DNA of 64,000 bases from NCBI GenBank assembly GCA_964016885.1, contig OZ024742.1, positions 219,728,001 to 219,792,000 of the forward strand, written 5' to 3'. Below are positions 51,001 through 62,373 of this stretch, piece by piece. A program made the position numbers and the translations under genes. The notes beneath the pieces are model-generated. The model was not told where the DNA came from. It saw nothing but the letters and a program-made list of their open reading frames with translations, and searched no databases. Origin of the DNA: Eledone cirrhosa. Its lineage: Eukaryota. Position 1 is the stretch's first letter. Every line of letters begins with the position of its first letter.

Positions 51001-54000
51001 GTAACTATAATATAGTGTATGTGACTATACTATAGTGTATGTGACTATAATATAGTGTATGTGACTATAATATAGTGTATGTGACCATAATATATTGTAT
51101 GTGACTATAATATATTGTATGTGACTATAATATATTGTATGTGACTATACTATAGTGTATGTGACTATACTATACTGTATGTGACTATAATATAGTGTAT
51201 GTGACTATACTGTAGTGTATGTGACTATACTATAGTGTATGTGACTCTAATATAGTGTATATAACTATAATATAGTGTATGTGACTATAATATAGTGTAT
51301 GTGACTATAATATAGTGTATATGACTATAATATAGTGTATGTGACTATAATATAGTGTATGTGACTATACTATAGTGTATGTGACTATAATATAGTGTAT
51401 ATGACTATAATATACTATATGTGACTATAATATAGTGTATGTGACTATACTATAGTGTATGTGACTATACTATAGTGTATGTGACTATAATATAGTGTAT
51501 ATAACTATAATATAGTGTATGTGACTATAATATAGTGTATGTGACTACAATATAGTGTATGTGACTATAATATAGTGTATGTGACTATAATATAGTGTAT
51601 GTGACTATAATATAGTGTATATGACTATAATATAGTGTATGTGACTATAATATAGTGTATGTGACTATAATATAGTGTATGTAACTATAATATATTGTAT
51701 GTGACTATAATATAGTGTATGTAACTATAATATAGTGTATGTGACTATAATATAGTGTATGTGACTATAATATAGTGCATGTGACTATAATATAGTGTAT
51801 GTAACTATAATATACTATATGTGACTATCATATATTGTATGTAACTATAATATAGTGTATGTAACTATAATATAGTGTATGTAACTATAATATATTGTAT
51901 GTGACTACAATATAGTGTATGTGTCTATAATATATTGTATGTGACTATAATATAGTGTATGTGACTATAATATAGTGTATGTAACTATAATATAGTGTAT
52001 GTAACTATAATATAGTGTATGTGACTATAGTATAGTGTATGTGACTATAACATAGTGTATGTGACTATACTATAGTGTATGTAACTATAATATAGTGTAT
52101 GTGACTATAATATAATGTATGTGACTATAATATACTATATGTGTCTATAATATACTATATGTGACTATAATATACTATGTGTGACTATAATATAGTGTAT
52201 GTGACTATAATATAGTGTATGTGACTATAATATACTATATGTGACTATAATATAGTGTATGTCACTATAATATACTATATGTAACTATAACATACTATAT
52301 GTGAATATAATATACTATATGTGACTATAATATAGTATATGTGACTATAATATACTATATGTGACTATAATATAGTGTATGTGACTATAATATAAAGTAT
52401 GTGACTATAATATAGTGTATGTCACTATAATATAGTGTATGTGACTATAATATACTATATGTGACTATAATATAGTGTATGTAACTATACTATAGTGTAT
52501 GTGACTATAATATATTGTATGTGACTATAATATAGTGTATGTAACTATAATATATTGTATGTGACTATAATATAGTGTATGTGACTATAATATAGTGTAT
52601 GTGACTATAATATACTATATGTGACTATAATATAGTGTATATGACAATAATATAGTGTATGTGACTATAATATACTATATGTAACTATAATATATTGTAT
52701 GTGACTATAATATACTGTATGTGACTACAATATGTGTATGTGACTACAATATAGTGTATGTAACTATAATATAGTGTATGTAACTATAATATAGTGTATG
52801 TGACTATAATATAGTGTATGTAACTATAATATAGTGTATGTGACTATACTATAGTGTATGTGACTATACTATAGTGTATGTGACTATACTATAGTGTATG
52901 TAACTATAATATAGTGTATGTAACTATACTATAGTGTATGTGACTATAATATATTGTATGTAACTATACTATAGTGTATGTAACTATACTATAGTGTATG
53001 TAACTATAATATAGTGTATGTCACTATAATATAGTGTATGCAACTATCATATATTGTATGTAACTATACTATAGTGTATGTAACTATACTATAGTGTATG
53101 TGACTATAATATAGTGTATGTGACTATAATATATTGTATGTAACTATAATATATTGTACGTGACTATAATATACTGTATGTGACTATAATATACTATATG
53201 TGACTACAATATAGCGTATGTGACTATAATATAGTGTATGTAACTATAATATATTGTATGTGACTCTAATATAGTGTATGTAACTATAATATACTGTATG
53301 TGACTATACTATAGTGTATGTGACTATAATATAGTGTATGTGACTATAATATTGTGTATGTAACTATAATATACTATATGTGAGTATCATATATTGTATG
53401 TGACTACAATATAGTGTATGTGACTATAATATATTGTATGTGACTATAATATAGTGTATGTGACTATAATATAGTGTATGTGACTATAATATAGTGTATG
53501 TGACTATAATATAGTGTATGTAACTATAATATAGTGTATGTAACTATAATATAGTGTATGTGACTATCATATAGTGTATGTGACTATAATATATTGTATG
53601 TGACTATAATATAGTGTATATTACTATAATATAGTGTATGTAACTATAATATAGTGTATGTAACTATAATATAGTGTATGTAACTATAATATACTGTATG
53701 TTACTATAATATACTGTATGTGACTATAATATAGTGTATGTGACTATAATATATTGTGTGTAACTATAATACAGTGAATGTGACTATACTATAGTGTATG
53801 TGACTATAATATATTGTATGTGACTATAATGTACTCTATGTAACTATAATATAGTGTATGTGACTACAATATAGTGAATGTGACTATAATATAGTGTATG
53901 TGACCATTATATATTGTATGTGACTATAATATATTGTATGTGACTATAATATATTGTATGTGACTATACTATAGTGTATGTGACTATACTATACTGTATG

Positions 54001-57000
54001 TGACTATAATATAGTGTATGTGACTATACTATAGTGTATGTGACTATACTATAGTGTATGTGACTATAATATAGTGTATATAACTATAATATAGTGTATG
54101 TGACTATAATATAGTGTATGTGACTATAATATAGTGTATATGACTATAATATAGTGTATGTGACTATAATATAGTGTATGTGACTATACTATAGTGTATG
54201 TGACTATAATATAGTGTATATGACTATAATATACTATATGTGACTATAATATAGTGTATGTGACTATAATATAGTGTATGTGACTATAATATAGTGTATG
54301 TGACTATAATATAGTGTATATTACTATAATATAGTGTATGCGACTATAATATAGTGTATGTGACTATAATATAGTGTATATTACTATAATATAGTGTATG
54401 TGACTATAATATAGTGTATGTGACTATAATATAGTGTATATTACTATAATATAGTGTATGTGACTATAACATAGTGTATGTGACTATAATATAGTGTATG
54501 TGACTATAATATAGTGTATGTGACTATAATATAGTGTATATTACTATAATATAGTGTATGCGACTATAATATAGTGTATGTGACTATAATATAGTGTATA
54601 TTACTATAATATAGTGTATGCGACTATAATATAGTGTATGTGACTATAATATAGTGTATATTACTATAATATAGTGTATGTGACTATAATATAGTGTATG
54701 TGACTATAATATATTGTATGTAACTATAATATAGTGAATGTGACTATAATATAGTGTATGTGACTATAATATATTGTATGTGACCATAATATAGTGTATG
54801 TGACTATAATATAGTGTATATTACTATAATATAGTGTATGTGACTATAATATAGTGTATGTGACTATAATATAGTGTATGTGACTATAATATAGTGTATG
54901 CGACTATACTATAGTGTATGTGACTACAATATACTGTATGTGACTATAATATAGTGTATATGACTATCATATAGTGTATGTGACTATAATATAGTGTATG
55001 TGACTATAATATATTGTATGTATCTATAATATAGTGAATGTGACTATACTATAGTGTATGTGACTATAATATACTATATGTGACTATAATGTACTCTATG
55101 TAACTATAATATAGTGTATGTGACTACAATATAGTGAATGTGACTATAATATAGTGTATGTGACTATAATATAGTGTATGTGACTATAATATATTGTATG
55201 TGACTATAATATATTTTATGTGACTATACTATAGTGTATGTGACTATACTATACTGTATGTGACTATAATATAGTGTATGTGACTATACTATAGTGTATG
55301 TGACTATACTATAATGTATGTGACTATAATATAGTGTATATAACTATAATATAGTGTATGTGACTATAATATAGTGTATGTGACTATAATATAGTGTATA
55401 TGACTATAATATAGTGTATGTGACTATAATATAGTGTATGTGACTATACTATAGTGTATGTGACTATAATATAGTGTATATGACTATAATATACTATATG
55501 TGACTATAATATAGTGTATGTGACTATACTATAATGTATGTGACTATACTATAGTGTATGTGACTATAATATAGTGTATATAACTATAATATAGTGTATG
55601 TGACTATAATATAGTGTATGTGACTATAATATAGTGTATGTGACTATAATATAGTGTATGTGACTATAATATAGTGTATGTGACTATAATATAGTGTATA
55701 TTACTATAATATAGTGTATGTGACTATAATATAGTGTATGTGACTATACTATAGTGTATGTGACTATAATATAGTGTATATGAATATAATATACTATATG
55801 TATCTATAATATAGTGTATGTAACTATAATATAGTGTATGTAACTATAATATAGTGTATGTAACTATAATATACTGTATGTGACTATAATATACTGTATG
55901 TGACTATAATATAGTGTATATGACTATCATATAGTGTATGTGACTATAATATAGTGTATATTACTATAATATAGTGTATGTGACTATAATATAGTGTATG
56001 TGACTATACTATAGTGTATGTGACTATAATATAGTGTATGTGAATATAATATACTATATGTAACTATAATATAGTGTATGTAACTATAATATAGTGTATG
56101 TAACTATAATATAGTGTATGTAACTATAATATACTGTATGTGACTATAATATACTGTATGTGACTATAATATAGTGTATATGACTATTATATAGTGTATG
56201 TGACTATAATATAGTGTATGTGACTATAATATATTGTGTGTAACTATAATATAGTGAATGTTACTATACTATAGTGTATGTGACTATAATATACTATATG
56301 TGACTATAATGTACTCTATGTAACTATAATATAGTGTATGTGACTACAATATAGTGAATGTGACTATAATATAGTGTTTGTGACTATAATATAGTGTATG
56401 TGACCATAATATATTGTATGTGACTATAATATATTGTATGTGACTATAATATATTGTATGTGACTATACTATAGTGTATGTGACTATACTATACTGTATG
56501 TGACTATAATATAGTGTATGTGACTATACTATAGTGTATGTGACTATACTATAGTGTATGTGACTATAATATAGTGTATATAACTATAATATAGTGTATG
56601 TGACTATAATATAGTGTATGTGACTATAATATAGTGTATATGACTATAATATAGTGTATGTGACTATAATATAGTGTATGTGACTATACTATAGTGTATG
56701 TGACTATAATATAGTGTATATGACTATAATATACTATATGTGACTATAATATAGTGTATGTGACTATACTATAGTGTATGTGACTATACTATAGTGTATG
56801 TGACTATAATATAGTGTATATAACTATAATATAGTGTATGTGACTATAATATAGTGTATGTGACTATAATATAGTGTATGTGACTATAATATTAGTGTAT
56901 GTGACTATAATATAGTGTATGTGACTATAATATAGTGTATATTACTATAATATAGTGTATGTGACTATAATATAGTGTATGTGACTATACTATAGTGTAT

Positions 57001-57596
57001 GTGACTATAATATAGTGTATGTGAATATAATATACTATATGTAACTATAATATAGTGTATGTAACTATAATATAGTGTATGTAACTATAATATACTGTAT
57101 GTGACTATAATATACTGTATGTGACTATAATATAGTGTATATGACTATCATATAGTGTATGTGACTATAATATAGTGTATGTGACTATAATATATTGTAT
57201 GTAACTATAATATAGTGAATGTGACTATACTATAGTGTATGTGACTATAATATAGTGTATATGACTATAATATAGTGTATGTGACTATAATATAGTGTAT
57301 GTAACTATAATATAGTGTATGTGACTATAATATAGTGTATGTGACTATAATATATTATATGTCACTATAATATAGTGTATGTGACTATAATATACTATAT
57401 GTAACTATAATATAGTGTATGTGACTATAATATAGTGTATGTGACTATAATATATTGTATAATTATAATATAGTGTATGTAACTATAATATAGTGAATGT
57501 GACTCTAATATATTGTATGTGACTATAATATAGTGTATATGACTATAATATAGTGAATGTGACTATAATATATTGTATGTGACTATAATATAGTGT
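1..57596. repeat. 20-bp satellite/minisatellite array, consensus GACTATAATATAGTGTATGT, ~2,880 monomers, open at left edge of window
   Basis: The 20-bp period is directly visible throughout, in one orientation with no foreign insertions. Common substitutions fall at monomer positions 1 (G>A), 8 (A>C), 13 (G>T/C) and 15 (G>A). Occasional 1-, 2- and 4-bp deletions shift the register. Stop codons block all six frames. Confidence 0.99.
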
Positions 57597-57714
57597 GACT
57601 GTAATATACAGTATGTAGCTATCATATTTTGTATGTAGCTATAATATATTGTATGTAGGCATAATATGTTGTATGTGGTTGAAATATATTATATGTGACT
57701 GTAATGTAGTAAAT
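57597..57714. repeat. Degenerate edge monomers of the 20-bp satellite
   Basis: About 6 diverged units keep the 20-bp register (GACTGTAATATACAGTATGT, AGCTATCATATTTTGTATGT, AGCTATAATATATTGTATGT, AGGCATAATATGTTGTATGT...). Confidence 0.9.
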
Positions 57715-57856
57715 GCACATGGCTTACTGGTTAAAGAAATGGGCTTGCAACTATGAGGTTGTGAGTAGGCAACTGTTGGTCTTCTACAAACAACCTTGCC
57801 CGAACTTGTGCAAATCCAATGGTCATTCGTGACAGAAGGGGATCTTTACCCTTACC
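57715..57856 (+). mobile_element. Internally deleted tRNA-derived SINE inserted in the satellite edge
   Basis: The head GCACATGGCTTACTGGTTAAAG resembles an A-box and the head of the 63,349-63,646 SINE. The 3' end is GTCATTCGTGACAGAAGGGGATCTTTACCCTTACC with a short repeat tail. Satellite-like monomers lie on both sides. Confidence 0.6.
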
Positions 57857-57925
57857 ATAATATAGTGTATATAGCTATAATATATATCTATGTGGCTGTA
57901 TTATCTTATTTAGCTGTAATCATAT
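57857..57925. repeat. Orphan degenerate satellite monomers beyond the SINE
   Basis: ATAATATAGTGTATATAGCTATAATATATATCTATGTGGCTGTA matches the consensus core ATAATATAGTGTAT exactly and then decays. Confidence 0.75.
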
Positions 57926-58024
57926 ATTGCACTGAACTACACAATGAGAACCAGGTTATCTGCATCAGAAGTTTCCAGGAAAGACAAGTTTTGGATTCAT
58001 TTTCACAAATATCAATGACTAGAT

Positions 58025-58657
58025 CAGTGATTCTGAATGTGTGGTCCACAAACCCCTAGGAATTCACAAATTTTGTACTGCTAATCTGTGAGCAAAATTC
58101 AAAATTTCAAGTGGTTGCAATAAAGCTGAAAAAAATCAACTTTCAAAGTTTTCAAATTTTAATATATTAAAATGAACCTAATATATGCAAAAAATGTTTG
58201 CCACTGAACATAAAATTTGGACCATAGTATCAATAAGGTGGCATCAATCATCTTAATATTCTGTTCTACATGAGACGGCATTAGCAAGCCATTTTTGAAA
58301 AGTATAATGACTACATCACATTAAAATCAAATTCTTTATTCTAATATTACAGATTTTCATAACAATCAGTCCATTAGAAAAGATACTTATAAACATTTGA
58401 ATTAAGAAAGCTGCTTTTTAGATTTTTTCTACTAAATCATTACAGTGTGTTAGTAGTTAATAAAGCCAAAAATTTTCCTGTATATTCAATTACATGTAAC
58501 TTTCAATTGAGAGGCAAAATTGAGAAAATCAGTTTCTGTGTAAGTTAATAAAAATTGCATGTTATATAGACAGATGATCTTCCAGAAGCCTGATATCTGT
58601 AGGAAAATTCATTTCAATAAAAAGGATCCTTTGTAGTGAATAGGTTGGGAACCTCTG
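58025..58657. mobile_element. Non-autonomous hAT (Charlie-like) DNA transposon, 633 bp
   Basis: A perfect 8-bp TSD GACTAGAT lies at 58,017-58,024 and 58,658-58,665. The ends are CAGTGATTCTGAATG... and ...GGTTGGGAACCTCTG (imperfect TIR, 9/15). An 8-bp TSD with central CTAG/TA and CAG-starting TIRs are typical of hAT-Charlie. Confidence 0.8.
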
Positions 58658-58699
58658 GACTAGATTAGAAAAAGAATGGTAATGAAATAGCATCTAGAG

Positions 58700-58982
58700 C
58701 AGTGCTACACAATCTTTTACCATTGTGGCTCTTTCTGGAAAACGTATAATTCTCCTTGACCTTTTATAGAATATGTAAATAAAAAACAATTTATTTTGTG
58801 AAAATATTCCTCGGCTTTTGTTTATAATAAATGTTAATTGTGTTATGACCCTTATGCCACAGGCATAACATTTAACATGTAATCAAATATTTCAATAGTA
58901 AGAAAATAATGTCTGCATGTTTTTTTATCAGAATTATACCATAATCCAGTTTACATTGTGATCTATAGTTTAGGAACTGCTG
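58700..58982. mobile_element. Probable older hAT/Charlie-like MITE
   Basis: Starts CAGTGCTACACAATC after ATCTAGAG (fits the NTCTAGAN target) and ends GTTTAGGAACTGCTG. The right flank ACTTAGGA matches the left flank at only 4/8. Confidence 0.4.
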
Positions 58983-59894
58983 ACTTAGGATAAAGTAAAA
59001 TCCAATTTTATTCTCTACATCTAAATTCTCCCATACATTATTTTTCTTCTATGATTTTCATAATTTTATCCATTATCTTAAATTCCTTATAATTTGCTCA
59101 TTAAACTGTCCATAACCTTTGCCCTTGTAGCAGTTAATAATGGTGCTGCAATACTAGCAATTTAGAATAATACTTCTTTGCACAATCTAATTTGTTAAGT
59201 GGATAAATATTGCTATCTTTAGTCACTCTGATATTTTCAGACTATTGCCAAGAATTACAGACGTTTCAACTACATAATGCTATATTCTTCAACATTGTCA
59301 CGAAGTATCTTTAAGACACAGAATAAAATGAGATATTTAAAGCTTTTCCTGAATGTTATTATAAACATTATTATTTTAAAAAGGAAATGAATAGAAGAAA
59401 AATAAAAATAAAGTGAAAGAAGAAATTAAACGATGAAAGGAATCGAAATATGGGAGGCAGTGACAGACTCTACATCCCAGTTTGAGCAGTATCTCTTAGC
59501 TGTGTCCAGTAGACAAAATTGTGAAGATATTACCATGGGGAACTGCCAGCAAAACTTGCTGCAACAACCACTTGACCTCATGGTGGGCCACTGTTTTTCT
59601 GATTTTGTGAAGGAAAATGGCACTTCGGGGACCTAGGACACCTGAAGTCTCAATGGCAACCTTTAAATTACCCTAAAATGTAGTCCCTCATTAGAGAGCT
59701 GGTCCTCATTGACATTCATTACTGTGTTCTATTGTTATTATGAATATATTTTTCTTAATGTCTGTTATAGTTATACACACTGTCCCTTTTTCTTTACTCA
59801 ATATAAACCCATAATGTTTTGTTTTTGTCCTTGTATTATCCCCAATGTCTTGAACTCTTGTGGTCAATAAAAGAAATACTTATTATTACATAGA

Positions 59895-60097
59895 CTGGCA
59901 AAATCCTTAGTGCATCGGATAAATTACCCTACAGTATTTAACTGTGGTTATTTACATTCCAAGTTGAAATCTTGCTTTGGGTAACTGAACATTCCACCTC
60001 TACAGGGTTGATAAAATAAAGTACTGGAATCAATTTAATTGACTAAATCTCTTCCCAAATTTCTGGTCTTGTGCATATGCAAGAAACTATTATTATT
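59895..60097 (+). mobile_element. Diverged tRNA-derived SINE (family 1)
   Basis: Colinear with the copy at 60,119: CTGGCAAAATC head, GGGTTGATAAAATAAAGTAC core, GGTCTTGTGC...AGAAACTATTATTATT tail. Confidence 0.7.
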
Positions 60098-60118
60098 ACC
60101 ACTTATTATTATCATCAA

Positions 60119-60313
60119 GGGCGGTGGATTGGCAGTATCAGTAGAGGGTTGGACGCCATGCTTTTATGCATAGAGTTACGGCCCTTGCCATTCTGAGTTC
60201 AAATCCCGCCGAGGTTAACTTTGCCTTTCATCATTACGGGGTCGATAAAATAAAGTACTAGTAATGCACTGGGTAATTGCTGGCCTTGTGCCAAACGTAG
60301 AAACAATTATTAT
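60119..60313 (+). mobile_element. tRNA-derived SINE (family 1), near full length
   Basis: Head GGGCGGTGGATTGGCAGTATC, B-box GAGTTCAAATCC, central GAGGTTAACTTTGCCTTTCATC...GGGGTCGATAAAATAAAGTAC and an (ATT)n tail. Multiple related copies occur in this window. Confidence 0.88.
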
Positions 60314-60333
60314 CATCATCTACCACACTGTAA

Positions 60334-60497
60334 TGTGGTTGGCATTAGGAAGGGCATCCATCTGTAGAAACCAAGCCAAAATACATCTCTATATGAGCAA
60401 GGCATAGTCTCCAGACTTGACTTGTCTGATAATGTGAGATTCTAATCCATGCAAGCATGGAAAATGTATGTTAAATGATGATGATGATGATGATGAT
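60334..60497 (+). mobile_element. 3' fragment of a different SINE/LINE with (ATG)n tail
   Basis: GGTTGGCATTAGGAAGGGCATCCA...CCATGCAAGCATGGAAAATGTATGTTAA is followed by (ATG)7 at 60,475-60,497. It resembles a recalled mollusc SINE 3' end; this was not verified by search. Confidence 0.6.
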
Positions 60498-61313
60498 CAC
60501 TCACTCATTCTTCTATCTACATACTGTCTGTCATGTCAGTTCAGTACATCAGCAAAACTATAATTTATTGAGTGATTGATAATGGTATAGCATGTAATGG
60601 AATAAAATTACTAATGAACATTTTGTGGAAAATTATAAAATGTGAACATTTTTGTCAGCTTTTGCCATTTTTCTTTATGAATTTTGTGTCAAACTCCAAA
60701 GTTCATTGTTGATGTAGGATTGACTCCCTTCAATAACTCAAAAGGCACCTCAATTAGTTTGGTCTCACAATCTGTCACTGATAAGTTGAACTTATCTGTT
60801 GTGCCAGAGTGACAAACAGGAAGGCATAAATAGCAAGGTGGAGAGCTGAAAATAAGGATTAATGCAAACAAGCCAGATCTCAAATTGATGTTTGGTCCTC
60901 CTCTCATGAATGTATGGTGTCCACCATTGGAATTATAGCTGGTTGATGATCTTCATCTGAAATTTATGTGACTGCTGTGCATGATCAGCTTCTATTCACA
61001 ATGCTTTAGAGTCACTGGTTAAAACTGCTTCAGCTCATCCTTAGTCAGCACAAGTACAAGTACTAAGTAATTTTGGTGCTTTCATAACTGATCTCTTGAT
61101 AGTATCTCTAGATACAATACCCCAGTATGGCTTCAGCCAGTCAGCTGGAGCATGTAAAAGAGTACATGAGATACAAGCACATTGACAGGTTTTGATGCTT
61201 AGAACATTCTTGGAATTATTGTGAAGTGGAGTTCTGGAATAAGCATATCATTGTAAATTTTTCGATATCTGAGGATGTACTATCAAAAGTAGAGGGGAAG
61301 GGCTATTTTGACA

Positions 61314-61340
61314 CCCCCCCCCCCCTCCACCACCACCTCC
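61314..61340. repeat. C11 homopolymer plus (CCA)n low-complexity tract
   Basis: CCCCCCCCCCCTCCACCACCACCTCC is directly visible. Confidence 0.85.
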
Positions 61341-61429
61341 TTGGTGATCAGTCCATCTAGAGATCATATTTTGCTTTCTTTAATAGTGTAAATGAAACTC
61401 AAAAGACTATTAAAAGAAAAAAAAATGTT

Positions 61430-61750
61430 TAACTCTTCAATTTCATGTGACTGCTTGTTTACAGAGCAGATCTTTTATTTTAAATTATTAGAATGTCTGC
61501 TAGTAGGTGGTGTTGATAGGAAAACACTGATATCAGTCGTTTGGTTTTGGTTATTGGCTTTTATTACTTCAGTTTCTTTATTTTATTTTTGTCTACTGTT
61601 ACAGTTATCATTAGCTTCAACAGTTATTTTGTCTGGCATCTCATCAATCATATTATCAGGAGCAAAGTAGTAATCCATCCCACTATCACTTTCACCAGTG
61701 AGTGGATCAATATTAATGACATCATCATTTGGCTGGTCATTTATCTCTAG
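61430..61750 (-). pseudogene. Possible decayed coding relic (acidic, low-complexity frame with in-frame stops)
   Basis: The minus frame from 61,750 reads LEINDQPNDDVINIDPLTGESDSGMDYYFAPDNMIDEMPDKITVEANDNCNSRQK*NKETEVIKANNQNQTTDISVFLSTPPTSRHSNNLK*. The composition is protein-like, but no family is firmly recognised. Confidence 0.3.
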
Positions 61751-61829
61751 TTATAATCCCACTGAGGTCAACTTTGCCTTTCATCTTTTTCAGGCCAATA
61801 AAAAAGTACCAGTCTAGTACTGGGGTCTA
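61748..61829 (+). mobile_element. SINE family 1 central fragment
   Basis: AATCCCACTGAGGTCAACTTTGCCTTTCATC...AATAAAAAAGTACCAGTCTAGTACTGGGGTC. Confidence 0.78.
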
Positions 61830-62273
61830 TTCTTCTGCTATATCTCTTTCTCACTTCATCTCTCTCACTTTCTATCCTCTGTAAGGCTTGGAGAGGAGAT
61901 GGGCTCTGCCAGGATTAAAATGTCCAAGAAATACGGTGCTCCTACGACTCCTTCAGTATTTACGGGACTATACCGTACCATACCACACATAACCAACTGA
62001 GAAAGTTTGTAAATTTCAAAACAACACACTAAATGAATATTTTTTATTGTTTACATTAATCATTGAATATACCATAGTTCATATCCCTGAGGATTCTGCA
62101 CTTTTTAATTTTACTGTTTAGTCAAGGATGAAAGGATTATTTGTATCATTGATACTTTTGAAGGCCTCAAACACTGGGGAAAGGGAAGGAGGGAAACATA
62201 CCTAAATGCTTGCAATAGAGAGGACTGTATTTAAGGGCATTCAAGGACCAGGTGGTGGTATTAAACTAAGTAT

Positions 62274-62367
62274 GCCACTGAGGATTTGAACTCAAAATGC
62301 AAAGAACTGGAACAAATACTGCAATCATCTTGTCCAATGCTCGGACAATTCTACCAATCAACTGACC
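62274..62367 (-). mobile_element. SINE family 1, 5' half
   Basis: GGATTTGAACTCAAAATG (reverse-complement B-box) is followed by sequence colinear with the other minus-strand heads. Confidence 0.65.
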
Positions 62368-62373
62368 AGGACT

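Noticed and set aside
1-57596. CRISPR array
   Set aside because: The repeats are directly head-to-tail with no unique spacers, no cas genes are present, and the context is eukaryotic and SINE-rich.
1-57596. Telomerase-made long telomeric repeat
   Set aside because: The G-richer strand runs toward the unique flank, opposite to telomere polarity for a left end. Inherited higher-order variant patterns indicate recombinational duplication rather than templated addition.
1-57596. Thousands of TATAAT (-10/TATA-like) promoter boxes, and partial SP6-promoter or loxP-like words
   Set aside because: These are by-products of an AT-rich monomer, with no -35 element, downstream gene or complete site.
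1-57596. Repeat-encoded protein or information-carrying variant code
   Set aside because: TGA/TAA/TAG on + and TAG on - close all frames within ~60 bp. Variant order is explained by nested duplications.
57796-58059. 87-aa ORF
   Set aside because: It has a TTG start and spans a SINE tail, degenerate satellite and a hAT end, so it is a chance ORF.
59426-59636. Overlapping 65-aa and 67-aa ORFs on opposite strands
   Set aside because: They are short with no recognisable domain or splice support. The segment may be an unidentified repeat.
60689-60907. 72-aa minus ORF as a standalone gene
   Set aside because: It has no recognisable motif and an in-frame stop shortly upstream, and this length is expected by chance.
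61392-61750. Two hydrophobic 'membrane protein' ORFs
   Set aside because: The hydrophobicity derives from T-rich sequence, and the ORFs are probably antisense shadows.
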